Below, piece after piece: positions 26,037 to 39,002 of a stretch of 64,000 nt of DNA; within the stretch, counting starts at the first letter, position 1; each line of letters opens with the position of its first letter. The DNA lies in the NCBI GenBank assembly GCA_003427395.1, contig BFEA01000030.1, positions 632,137 through 696,136 on the forward strand. Reading direction: 5' to 3'. The notes under the pieces are model-generated. The model was not told where the DNA came from and did not search any database. It worked only from the letters and a program-made list of their open reading frames with translations. Source of the stretch: Chara braunii. Lineage: Eukaryota > Plantae > Charophyceae. Made by a program: the position numbers and the translations under genes.

Positions 26037-29000
26037 AGCATGCACTTCGTGAAAACTGGATCGAAATGGAACTTCGTTTTGCCAAATTATGCGATACGTT
26101 TTTTCATAAACTAGTTTTGAGGGAAAAAGTTTGAGCCTTAGGATTATGTATCACAACAAGCCAAGAGAAAACTGGTTTTCAAGAAAACACATTGAGCCCT
26201 GCGATCCATGTCTCACAATAACATATTAGAAAACAAGCATTTTATCCAAACTGAAAGGACATGAAGAAGCCACGTCAATGGCATAATGGTTTTGTAGCAC
26301 TAGTACAATAGAGAGACCATGTAAGAAATGAAAATTCGTCGGACTCTAGAAAGGGCAGAAGAGCAAAGAAACAAATTCTCAATTCCCATCATCAACTCGG
26401 TCTCCACAAAAACAGGCAAAGAAAAATCCTCTGCAAGTAACATTTGGGTTAGCATGCCCCACAATCAAAGAGGAGAGTAATCGAGAGGGGAGGAGAGGAG
26501 GAGGGGAGGGGGAAAGCGGTGAAGAAGGGGATCAGAGGAAGGAAGGAGAGAGGGAGGAGCGGGAGCGACGCAGAGGGAGGCAGCGGAAGGGTCAACACCA
26601 GAGGAGGGTAGTGGCAGAGAGCGGAGCAGTGGCGGAGGGGGGAGGAGCGACGAAGGGGGAGGAGCGATGGAGGGGGGAGGAGCGGCGAAGGGAGTAGGAG
26701 CGGCGGAGGGGGGAGGAGTGGCGAAGGGGGGAGGAGCGGCGGAAGGGGGAGGAGTGGCGGAGGGGTTCCCACTTTTTGCGGTTTTGCCCCCCTGCTCAAC
26801 TCTCCGGGGCCACCCCCTCCGCTGCTCCCTTTTTCATTGTTGCCCCGTCCCCTCCTCCGCTCCCCCCCTTCGCTACTTCACCCCTCCCCCTGCTCCCCCC
26901 TCCGTTGCCCCCCTTTTCGCAGCTCTCCCCTCCCGTCCTCCACCGCTCCTCTGATCCTACTACCCTTTGCCACTCCGCCCTCCTCCCTCCCCTCCCCCTG
27001 TCATCTCCTCCGCCGCTCCCCACTTTGGCACTCCCTTCCGCCGCATCCGCCCCCCCTTTCGTACTTGATTGATTGATTAATTGATCAGTCCCGCTCGGTT
27101 GCCTCCGCGACCAGATTCCAAAATTGGAGCGATTACGTAATCGATTTGATTTCGAAATTATGTCGAAGAGGTAGTACCTGGACACGCTAGTCAGCTACCT
27201 GACTGGCCCGTCCAGCTGCCTCCACGGTGCGATTTCGAAATTGAATCGATTACGTAATCGATTCAATTTCAAAATCCCGTCACGCAGGCAGGGGGGAAAA
27301 AAAAAAAACTCCTTCAAAAACTCTGAAACAAATATATGTTGTGCAGCATCTCCATACTAAAATAGTTGTCTGAGCATCTTAGAGGTAACTGGACGGGCCA
27401 GTCACCAGTCGATTGGCCCATCCAATTGCTTATGAGACGTGATTATAAAATTGAATCGATTACGTAATCGATTCAATTTCATAATCCCGTTACGCAGACG
27501 ATTAAAAAAAAAAAAAAAAAAAAACATCGCTCCAAAAAATAGGAAAAAAAAATATTTTGCGGGCGCCCCCAATAAAATATTTTTCTCAGGGGGGGGGGGG
27601 GGGGGGGGAGGGGAACCACTCTATTTAGGTGGTTTGCTTTTCGTTTTTTATTTTTGTTCCATGTTTTTAATACGAATTTCGTAAGGGTGTTCAGACAACT
27701 ATTTTAGTATGTTGCACAACATATATTTGTTTCAGAGTTTTTAGAGGAGTTTTTTTTTTTTTCCCTGCCCGTGCGAGGGGATTTTAAAATTGAATCTATT
27801 ACGTAATTGATTAAAATTTGAAAATCGCATCGCAGAGGCAACTGGACGGGTATGTCAGGTCGTTATGCGGTCCATCCACTTCCCTTTGTGACACGATTTC
27901 GAAATCGAATCGATTACGAAACCTCATCGTGGAGACAGCTGGGCGGGAGTGATCAATCAATCAATCACGTATGAGGGGGGGGGGAGGAGCAATGGAAAGG
28001 AGCGCTAAAGGGGGGAGCGGCAGAGGACGGGGGAGTGGGAGGGGAGAAAGGAGGGGGGAGTGGCAGAGGGTGCGATCAAAGGAGCGAAGGGGAGGGGAGG
28101 GGGGAGCAGGGGGATGTTGGAGCGGCGGAAGGGGGGGCAAAAGGAGAAGACGGGTCAGCGATGAAGGCGCGTCGAAGGGGGGAGCAGCGGAGGGGGGAGC
28201 GCCGAAGAGGGGAGCTGGGGGGCGGAACAACAGAGAGTGGGAGCCCCTCCGCCGCTCCTTCCCTTCCGCCTCTCCTCCCCCCTTCGCCGCTCCTCCCCCC
28301 CTCCATCGCTCCTCCCCCCTCCGCCGCTCCTCCCTTCTCCTCCAGTACTCTCCCTCTCCGGCGCTGCCCCCTCCGCTGCTCCACTTTGTGCCACTCTCCC
28401 TCCCCCCTCCCTTCCTCCGGTCCCCACCTGTGCTCCTCCGCTTTCCTCCTTCGATCCCCTTCTCCACCATTTCCCCCTTCCCCCTCTCTGCTCCTCTCCC
28501 CTCAGTTGCTTCCACCTTCGCTGCTCCCCCCTAAGTTGCTCCCCCCTAAGCCGCTCCCCCTACCCTCATCCGCTCCCCTACTCTGTCGCTACCCCCCTGC
28601 CCCTCATCCATTTCCCCTCTCCGGCGCTCCCCCTCCATTGTCGACTGGCCCGTCCAGTTGCCTCTGCGACGTGATTTTGAAATTGAATCGATTACGTAAT
28701 CGATTCAATTTCAGAATTATCGTGTTCAGCAGGAGGGAAAAAAAAATAAAAAAAAATCATAAAAACATTAAACAAATATATGTTGTGCAGCATCTCCGTA
28801 GTACAAGAAACATTTGCCTTAGCACCAAAACAAAATTCGTATTAAAAACGTGGAAAAACGAAAAATATATAAAGTCCTATTTAGGTGGTTATTTTTGTTT
28901 CACATTTTTAATAAGAATTTCGTGATGTTGCTCAGACAACTACTTCATGTATGAAGATCTTGCACAACATATATGTTTTTCCGATTTTTTTGGAGAGTGT

Positions 29001-29773
29001 TTTTGTTTTTCATTTTTTTTGCCCTCACAACGTGATTCTGAAATTTATTCGATTGCATAATCGAATCAATTTCAGGATCTCGTCCTGCGGACGGGAAAAA
29101 AAAAAAAAACTGAAAATTTTAAAAACCAATTATGTTGTATAACATCTCTGTACGAGAAACATTCGCTTGAGCACGATGATATGATTCTTATTCAAAACGT
29201 GGAAAAAAAAACATAAAATGAAAAACAAATAACTTGGATAGTGGATAGGAGTCGTAGGATGTTGGTTTTCTGTTCTTATGTTCTTACCACGTTTTTTACA
29301 ATAATTTCGTGATGGTGTTCAGACAATTGTTTCTTGTTTGGAGATGCTCCACAATATTTTTTTTTTTCGGTTCTCCCCCCACCCTGCTCGCACGACGCGA
29401 TTACATAATTGATTCGATTGTGCATTTGGCTCGATTGCACAATCAAATTGATTACGTAATGACGGAGCGAGAGGGGAAATGGCTGAGGGCAGATAGGGGG
29501 GATTGGCGGAGAGCGAGAAACGGAGAAAAATAAATTTTCTTGTATGCAACAACCCACAGCCCGGTGTAATATGAATAATATGTTTCTCATTTTTTTGTGC
29601 TGGATTTACCTCGTTCTTGACGGGAAAAACATATTTTTTTAAAAAAATTGTAACGTTGGCTAATGCATGTATTGTATGAGAACCTTAAAAACTAATTAGA
29701 TAAAAAACACTCGTAAAGTTTTTGAATCGAGTCCAATTTTGACAAAATGTTTACTTTTCACGAAGTAATTGTT
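26037..29773. mobile_element. Foldback-like non-autonomous DNA transposon inserted in LINE ORF1
   Basis: 4-bp TSD CCTT (26033-36, 29774-77); diverged TIRs sharing acttcgtgaaaa; about 0.9-kb internal inverted arms; repeated 34-bp palindrome. Confidence 0.75.
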
Positions 29774-29777
29774 CCTT

Positions 29778-30028
29778 TCAATAGACGTTAAAAAACGATT
29801 AGTGCGAGTCTGTGAAACAGATGGAGTACTAGCAACAAAGTCTCGACCCCACCCAAAAGAGGATTATTCTATAACGAGGGGCGAAACCTAGTTACCTATG
29901 TAGTGACCACCAAAAAAATCGCCAACTATATGCTCCATGTTGATCAGACAAAAATTATCTTAGACAACAAACAGTACTTGGTGTCCTTTCGCCCCTGGAT
30001 GAACGAACGGAAGCTATGGGAGTGGCGG
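29778..30028 (+). pseudogene. LINE ORF1, fragment 2
   Basis: SIDVKKRLVRVCE...NEGRNLVTYVVTTKKIANYML...YLVSFRPWMNERKLWEWR; in frame with both neighbouring fragments. Confidence 0.7.
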
Positions 30029-32601
30029 TGTCACGCGCATTGATCCCACAGAGGGGACCCTCCCAGGCTCGTCATGCAGGATTTACAAGAATTCGTCGTA
30101 GAGCATTGCCGCTCTGCTCGAGTGCGCCAACTATACCTCTCGCGAACCCCTACGACAGGATACCGAACCACATGCAAAGGTTTTTCATGTGCCATCGCGG
30201 AGGTGCCCCGGCCGAGGGCGTCTCACTGTAGCGTAGAGGATACGGGTGGTTAACGCCCGAATCGGACCCGTACGCGAATCGTCGCTTGAGGCGCAGATCT
30301 CCCGAGCGCAACCCTACGCCGATCGACTAGGACGGTCAAATCTAACCACGCAATACATCTCACGAAAATAAGATCAATAAATAATCAAACTTTCATACGT
30401 AAATCGCACCTAGCCTCTTTTTCCACACTTGACCCATAACTTTTATATAAAGGATCAGACCACTATCACATGTGAGACCCTGAAGATATTAGTTATATCG
30501 ACTAGCCATGCATGAGTACGCAAGCAGCCGCAATGATAACGTACTATGTAGTACCCATAACCACTTGGCCCTCAGTGGTCTCGAGGGTTACCTTCGACAT
30601 TCAAGTGTCTGCACCCTGCGGAAAGTGGGTGGTACCCAGGTTCCGACCTGTGGTGGCAGTCAGTTCTCGCGGGCTTAGAGACAAATTCCATCATCTAGGG
30701 TCTGGAGAGAAATCAATGGGTTTGACTTTGATAACTGCCGTGGACTCCAACGTCCAACCGTAATAATTCTAAGAAGCAAAGGTAAAAAGAGGGGGGGTGC
30801 CTTCTCCCTCTCGATACGCAAACTATTTGGTTATTATAGATAACCTCAATGAGTCAAGCGCTCGCAAGGAAATATTAATATGAAGGGGGGGTATAAGATA
30901 CGAGACGATCACCCTCACAATCATGTGTGATTTCCTTCAATAATATAAGTATGACCATAGACAAAATGAAATCCAACTTGAAACTTTTGCCCTCAGAATA
31001 TATCTGCAATCACATGAAAGATTCATATTCACAAAGCACACACTACACGGGGTCAACTTCGACCACTCTCTATATTCACACCCCCTGGCCTTACCCGCAC
31101 AAACTCCGATCTTTGTTCAACCTCCCAAAAGAAAAACACCCAGTCTTCTTTTAAATTACTATTTAATAAAAGTCAGGGTAAAACCCAAAGAAATATTTCA
31201 ATCCACAAGGGCTAACGCCTTAGGTTGAGTAGCGAGAATGAGTAGGAGTTGGATCGGAAACCAACATATTATCAAAAGATAACAGAAGATGATCCTCGTA
31301 GGATGAGGTTGAAGCTAGTCAAACCTTGAATAAAGTTAAGTGAAAAATGACATGTAACACAGCACAAGCCAGTGCCCAAGCTATGTTTAAGTGAATATGA
31401 AGCAACTCCCATCTTCCTACCTCAATTCAGATACCTATCTGGAAATATAAGGAATTTCGACAGTATCTCCCTTGTGCGGGCAGACTCAAGTTATGTTTAA
31501 GTNNNNNNNNNNNNNNNNNNNNNNNNNNNNNNNNNNNNNNNNNNNNNNNNNNNNNNNNNNNNNNNNNNNNNNNNNNNNNNNNNNNNNNNNNNNNNNNNNN
31601 NNNNNNNNNNNNNNNNNNNNNNNNNNNNNNNNNNNNNNNNNNNNNNNNNNNNNNNNNNNNNNNNNNNNNNNNNNNNNNNNNNNNNNNNNNNNNNNNNNNN
31701 NNNNNNNNNNNNNNNNNNNNNNNNNNNNNNNNNNNNNNNNNNNNNNNNNNNNNNNNNNNNNNNNNNNNNNNNNNNNNNNNNNNNNNNNNNNNNNNNNNNN
31801 NNNNNNNNNNNNNNNNNNNNNNNNNNNNNNNNNNNNNNNNNNNNNNNNNNNNNNNNNNNNNNNNNNNNNNNNNNNNNNNNNNNNNNNNNNNNNNNNNNNN
31901 NNNNNNNNNNNNNNNNNNNNNNNNNNNNNNNNNNNNNNNNNNNNNNNNNNNNNNNNNNNNNNNNNNNNNNNNNNNNNNNNNNAAGTTATGAAATATTTTA
32001 ACTCCTCTACATTTCAGAAATTTTCGGCAGCACTTTCCGGAGGAAAATTACTTTTGCAGGATTTATACAAGGCTAAATACAACTCTTGAGATAATTCAGA
32101 CTTCTCAAATTCAAGTTTTGTCTAACTTCATGAATTAATGTTAATTTGGGCAACACTTTCTGTCGATATTTCTACTAAGTCAGATGTAAAACTTAAACAA
32201 AAACTGAATTTTGAAAAATCAAAATTTGACTAACTCTTTGTTTTTTTGTAGAAATCTCGGCAGCGCTTCCAGTAGAGAAAGTAACTTCAAAAAATTTATA
32301 TAAAGCCAAGTATAATAAATGATCCCAGAAAAATGCGAGACTTGATTTAAGTAAAAAAAAAACTAGCTTAGAAAATGCAAGAATTGAACCAACTCCTATA
32401 GCCCCAACACATGACGAACATCTAAAGCACTGCCTATCAAATTTATAACTCAGAAAAAGCATACCTCACACTTAACCACATGCAACTCCATATCACAATG
32501 AGTAAGTAGTCTCACCAATTCCCCAAGTTATTTTCACACAAGTAGTCCATCATCTCTCAGTTAAGTAAAACCCCAATACCCCAACTTACATATGGCATAA
32601 G

Positions 32602-33230
32602 AAGGTTAAGCCAAACCGAAATCATATTGCTTAACCTTGACCTGTGCATACACAAAACAAAGGGCACTACTACTTCTCTCTTCTTTAGGCAGCTAGCTAG
32701 CTCAAACCGAAGCCGCATTGTCTAACCCTGCCAAGTGTTTAATATCAAAATTTATAATAACTATATGAACCTTTTAATCTTTTGAAGACTAGAACTGAGC
32801 CAAACCGAACTCGCATTGCTAAGTCTGCCTTAAAATACATTCGTTATGTTCTTAATTAAATATTATCTTATCCCTTTTGTGATACGTTATAGCCAGACCA
32901 TATTGAAGCCACATTGTCTGACTAACTTGTTCTATAAAAAATATAATACATATGCATATATAAATAATATTTTAAGGTTTCTCTTTATGTAACTGACTTC
33001 AAACTAAACCAAACCGAGCCACATTGCTTAGTCCTCTGTCCAAACATCCCTTAGAAAAAAATAACTGGTTGAATCTGATTAAAGTCACATTACCCAACTC
33101 TTAAAACCCTTTCAACAGACAAATCGCCATAAAACAACAACCAGGCCTGACCGAAGCCACATTACCTGATTGATTAGATAATAACTTATAGGGGTATGAC
33201 AATCAAACCGTACCGAAGCCACATTGTTTG
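32602..33230 (-). ncRNA. Array of 8 hairpins with conserved apical motif (plus strand c(a/t)(a/g)accgaagccacatt); a ninth copy at 35828-35854
   Basis: Variable but complementary flanking stems; minus strand gives a GGC-UUCG-GUY cap; many stem mismatches read as G-U on the minus strand. Confidence 0.65.
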
Positions 33231-33429
33231 CACAAGCGGTTATCGCACACCTGAAAATTCGCATATGAAAATTGTGAAGTAAGAAAAATGATGTTGGTTT
33301 GTGCATCCTGAAAATAGTTTTTCTATTATGAAATCCAGAGCAGGGTTAGTTTGTTCATTGTGAAACCACATAGTAAACTAAGTTTTGAACGTTTCATATT
33401 AAACACGATCTTGAAACACATGTATATTA

Positions 33430-35605
33430 AGCTACCCGAAAATCATGAAGCATCCCGAAGTAGCTTGAACAGTGGTCACAAGAGTTGCTTTCATGGTCTT
33501 TGGGACGTTCATCACTTCGAGATGCTTCATGGTTTTCGGGTAATTGAACAAATGGTCATAAGGGTTGCTTTCATGGTCTTCGAGACGTTCATCACTTCGG
33601 GACGCTTCATGATTTTTGAGTATTTTGAACAGATGGTCATAAGGGTTGCTTTCATGGTCTTCGGGACGTTCATCACTTCGAGATGCTTCATGATTTTTAG
33701 GTAGCAACCCTTATGGCATCCCGAAGCTACCCGAAAATGATGCAGTATCCCAAAGTGACGAACGTCCCGAACACCATGCAAGCAATCTTTATGACTATCT
33801 GTTCAAGCTACCTGAAAATCATGAAGCATCCCGAAGTGATGAACGTCTCGGCCCATGAAAACAATCCTTATGACCATCTGTTCCAGTTACCCGAAAATCA
33901 TGAAGCAACCCGAAGTGATGAACATCTCGAAGACTATGAAAGCAACCCTTATGACCATCGGTTCTAGCTCCCCGAAAATCATGAAGCATCCCGAAGTGAT
34001 GAACGTTTCGAAGATCATGAAAGCAACCTTTGTGGCCATCTGTTCATGCTACCTGAAAATCATGAAGCATCCCGAAGTGATGAACGTCCCGAAGGCCATA
34101 AAAGCAACCTTTATGACTATCTATTCAAGTTACCCGAAAATAGTCATAAGGGTTGTTTTCATGGTCTTCAAGACGTTCATCGCTTCGGGACACTTCATGA
34201 TTTTTTGGTATTTTGAATAGATGGTCATAAGGGTTGCTTTCATAGTCTTCGGAACGTTCACCACTTCGAGATGCTTCAAGATTTTCAGGTAGCAACCCTT
34301 ATGGCATCCGGAAGCTACCCGAAAATCATGAAGCATTCCGAAGTGACGAACATCCCGAAGATCATGAAAACAATTTTTATGACCATTTGTTGAAGCTACC
34401 CGAAAATCGTGACGCATCCGGAAGTGATGAACGTCCCAAAGACCATGAAAGCAACCCTTATGACCATCTGTTCAAACTACCAAAAAATCGTGAAGCAACC
34501 CGAAGTAATGAACATCCCGAAGACCACGAAAACAACCCTTAGGACCATATGTTCTGGGTACCCGAAAATTATGAAGCATCCCTAAGTGATGAACATCCAG
34601 AAGATCATGAAAGCAACCCTTATGGCCATCTATTCAAGCTACCAGAAAATCATGAAGCATCCCGAAGTGATGAACGTCCCGAAGTCCATGAAAGCAACTT
34701 TTATGACCATATGTTGAAGCCACCTGAAAATCATGAAGCATCCCGAAGTGATGAACGTCCCGAAGACCATGAAAGCACCCCTTATGATCATCTATTCCAG
34801 CTACCCGAAAATCATGAAGCAACCCGAAGTGATGAACATCCCGAAGATCGTGAAAGCAACCCTTATGCCTATCTGTTCTAACTACTCGAAAATCATGAAG
34901 CATCCCGAAGTGATGAACGACCCGAAGATCATGAAAACAACCTTTATGGTCATCTGTCCAACCTACCCGAAAATCATGAAGCATCTCGAAGTGATAAACG
35001 TTCCGAAGTCCATAAAAGCAACATTTATGGTCATTTGTTCAAGCTACCCGAAAATAGTGAAGCACCCCGAAGTGATGAACGTCCCGAAGTCCATGAAAGC
35101 AACTCTTATGGACATTTGTTCAAGCCACCCGAAAATCATAAAGCATCTCGAAGTGATGAACGCCCCGAAGACCATGAAAGTAACCCTTACGACAATTTGT
35201 TCAAGCTACCCGAAAATCATGAAGCATCCCGAAGTGATGAATGTCCCAAAGACCATGAAAGCAACCCTTATGACCATCTTTTCAAGCTACCCGAAAATCA
35301 TGAAGCCTCCCGAAGTGATGAACGTCCTGAACACCATGAAAGCAACCCTTGTGGTCATATGTTCAAGCTACCTGAAAATAATGAAGCATCCTGAAGTGAT
35401 AAACGTCCCGAAGAGAATGAAAGCAACCATTATGACCATCTGTTCAAGCGACCCGAAAATCATGAAGCATCCCGAAGTGGTGAACGTTCCGAAGACCATG
35501 AAAGCAACCCTTATTGTCATATGTTCAAGCGATCCGAAAATCATGAAGCATCCCGAACTGATGAACGCCCCGAAGACCATGAAAGCAACCTTTATGGCTA
35601 TATGT
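33430..35605. repeat. 81-bp satellite (about 25+ units) with two inverted blocks
   Basis: Unit caagctacccgaaaatcatgaagcatcccgaagtgatgaacgtcccgaagaccatgaaagcaacccttatgaccatctgtt; inverted near 33465-33705 and 34140-34290. Confidence 0.92.
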
Positions 35606-36333
35606 TTGGGCAAGCAACCAACAACTATGATGACAACAACATGGGCGGTGAGAAATCCGCAACTTTTCAAATGTGTCTTGAAAATTGAGAATAAGAGTGA
35701 AGAAAACATGAGCAATGAAAAAAAATTAGGTATAAGTTGCATATATAATATATGTATGATGAAAAAATTACGTGTTATTAACCTTCTCTCATTGTTTGAC
35801 TGACAGAAGCACAAACAATACGATTGTCAAACCTGACCGAAGCCACATTGTTTGGTTACAGAGGAAACAGTAATAAAACAAGGGAGACCCAATCATTGCA
35901 AACAAAACTACATTCCTCCCACTTTTTCCTAGTTCACTCGCTTCAGAATCTGATTTTAAACAGACAAAGAAAAAAAAATTAAAGTTTACACTTGCATTCC
36001 TTCTATTAACTCTGAGTTATTCCAGAAAAGTCAACCATAAAGCTCGTAGGGATGCATTCAATATAGCCAGACATACATAGAGAGACGTACTCGTAAGGGT
36101 TTTGATGAGGGTTTATAGAGGGAGTCGAAAGGTTACCACTCAGTTCCCTGCTTCCATAACTCTTCCTAAGTTCTGACAGAGCTCCTGCAATCGGTGGACA
36201 AACTCCCCACAGAGTCTTGATGCGGTCCTACGAGTTGCAATCCCTCCTGCCGCCTTCCTCTCGTAACCTTTGACTAGACTTAGGGTGAGAAGGGCAGAAA
36301 AAAGGGTTTTAAGCGCTCGAGATACAAGGAAGG

Positions 36334-36628
36334 AACTGACATTTCGTTAAAACTGACATTTTTTTATAAATTCACGAAAGTGGACTTAGTCAAAATTTCA
36401 TTGCTTATCAGGTGAGAAAGTGGTTATCTCACTTTGTCTATCTGATGTACCTCAAAGTAAAGTACCGTTAACATACATCCGATGATCAGATCATCGGGAG
36501 TCGCCACGACACCCGATGATCTGATCATCTGACGTCATGGGGAAAAAAAAACACTAAAAATGTTGTTTTTTTGTACGCTGAATTTCATGAATTTAGAAAA
36601 AAATGTCAATTTTAACGAAATGTCAGTT
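36334..36628. mobile_element. MITE with about 45-bp TIRs and a central hairpin
   Basis: aactgacatttcgttaaaactgacattttttt matches its reverse complement at the right end; gatgatcagatcatcggg...cccgatgatctgatcatc at 36481-36529; absent from the homologous site in copy D (~63480). Confidence 0.8.
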
Positions 36629-39002
36629 AAGAGACAAACTCAACTCGCAAGAGAGGGTCTTGGTACTTTCAATCGTCTTAAGGCCCCTCAATGGTGGCAA
36701 AAATGCACAGTGATTGGTCAAATCATAGTCGAAAGTTGCTCACCAGCACCCTGTTAGCCCTCCATTTGGGAGCAACGACCCCCTTGCAGAAGGCCAATTA
36801 TTCTCTTCAACCGTCGTCGAGCGCATCCGTCCTGCAGGGGGATCTTCCCGGCCGCGTCATGCAGGATTTTGCAGGACTTCGTCGTAGAGCGTTTTGCCGC
36901 TCTGGTCGAGCGCGCTAACTATACCTCTCGCGAGCCCCTATGACAGGATAGGGTCACGCGAGGTACAACTTACCTCCACCCGCGGGAGTTGTCACCATCC
37001 CTTGGGTGGGCATATCCCTGCCGAGCTACCGAACCACGTACAAAGGTTTTTCGTATGCAATCGCAGAAGTGGCCCGACAGAGGGCATTTCTCGTTCGCTG
37101 TAGCATAGGGGGTACATACGGTTAACGCCCAGGAATCGAACCCGCAGGCGAATCAATGCATTGAGGGACTGAGGTCCTAAGCACGACTCGTCGCCGATCG
37201 ACTAGGACATATTCCACTCACCACGCGTTACACCACGCTAAAATTAAAATACAAACACACAAACAAAACTCTCATAGTCCCTTCAATAGCCAACCCATAA
37301 CCTTCTAGCACGAAAATCGGTTAGGCGTCGCGCGCGAGACTCATCATAAAACCGCGCGAACACTAGGACTTTCTCATATCGACTAGCCATGCATGAATAC
37401 GCACGCAGTCGCAATGATGGAGTACTATGTAGTACCCATAATTACGCGGTCCTCGAAGTTTATGTTCGACACTCAAGTGTGGGCTGACACGCGCCTTGAG
37501 GGGTTAACCTCTCGACTCTAGACAACCGCTAAGGCGGTTGATCACCACACCCTCTTCTGCACCCTGCGAAGAGTGGGTAAACACAAGTTGAAGCCTGTGG
37601 TGACAGTCAACTCTCACGGCCTTGGAGACAAGTTTCATTATCCAGGGTCTGAAGAGAAATCAGGGGGTTTGACTTTGATGGCTGCCACGGACTACAGCAT
37701 CCAAGTAGAATAATTCTAAAAAACAAAAAGCAAAAGGTAAAAGAGGATCTCCCTTTTCTCTCAATGCAAAACTTATTTAATCACTACGCACGACCTCAAT
37801 GGGTCGTGCGGGCACACGAAACATGATATAAAAGCTACAAGATAGGAGACGATCACTTTCACAATCACGATGTGGTTTCCTTCAAGAATATATACATATG
37901 ATCATAAGCAAAACCAAGTCTGGATCCAACTCACAGAACATACCTGCAATCACATCAAAGATCCACATCGACAGAGCACGCACTACACGGGGTCAACTTC
38001 AGCCACTCTTTGTACTCACACCCCTTTGCCTTATCCACACAAGCCCCAACCCTTGTCCAACCTTCCAAAATAAACACTCAGCCCTTTTTAAATGACCATT
38101 CAATGAAGTCCGGGTAAAAACCCAAAATAAACATTTCAATCCACAGGGGCTACGATCTTTAGGTTGAGTAGCGAGAATGAATTAAAGTTGAGTCGGAAAC
38201 CGACCTGTTATCAAAAGATAACAGAAGAATGATCCTTTGTAGGATCAGGCCGAACGAGTCAAACCTTCAATCATATAAGTAGAACTGCATCACAGTACAG
38301 GTAAAAAAAACCACTACGATGTTTAAATCAAATAGAGTACATTCTTTATCTTATAGCCTACCTCCTCTACTAACATCTACCTTATCTCTCTTAAACGTTA
38401 TCGAGAACTTTGACATCATCTCCCCAAAACAAGGTGGAATTTTAGATTTTTCATGACAGAAAATAATCTAACTCTTCAAATTCTGCAAAATTTCGGGAAC
38501 GCTTCCCGTAGAAAAAATATTTTTTCAAAATTTTCGAGTGTCAAAAAATGACTTTCAGATTTGTTAAAATTTCGGCGGCGCTTCCCGTAAGAAAAAGAGA
38601 CTGCCAAGATTTATATAAAGCTGAAGAAACAAAGACAAAGTATAACTATATTTGGAACTAACTCCTGATACTCTATTGATAGTTAGGACAGGAGATAGTT
38701 TACAAGACCCTTCCTTGAAGAGGGTATCGCGAGCTATTATTAGTCCTAACTTTCAGTAAGGTCAATCCTACCATATCCCAAGCTTCCCTCCTATCATCTA
38801 TCTCACCTACCTATAACTCCAACATTCAGTGAGCATCTACAGCAACCGAGCTATGAAAAAACATACCCCAGAGATAAACCTCAATAACATACATAGGTGA
38901 GTGCAACAACATCTCTCACCAACCCTCATGTTCCTTTCCATATCACATAGTTCGTTCCAATCCCTCGTTATTCATTTTTACCCTTCCTTACATAAGACAT
39001 AG

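Noticed and set aside
32602-33230. CRISPR array
   Set aside because: Repeats are short and degenerate, spacing is irregular, flanks pair with each other, there are no cas genes, and the context is a eukaryotic transposon
34733-35803. 356-aa repeat protein gene
   Set aside because: Explained by an 81-bp satellite; several frames and both strands are open and blocks are inverted
36960-37030. U1 snRNA-like acttacct
   Set aside because: Only the complement of a splice donor; no U1 stem-loops or Sm site
37370-37410. 18S rRNA 5' end similarity (gactagccatgcatg)
   Set aside because: The match is too short to support and does not extend
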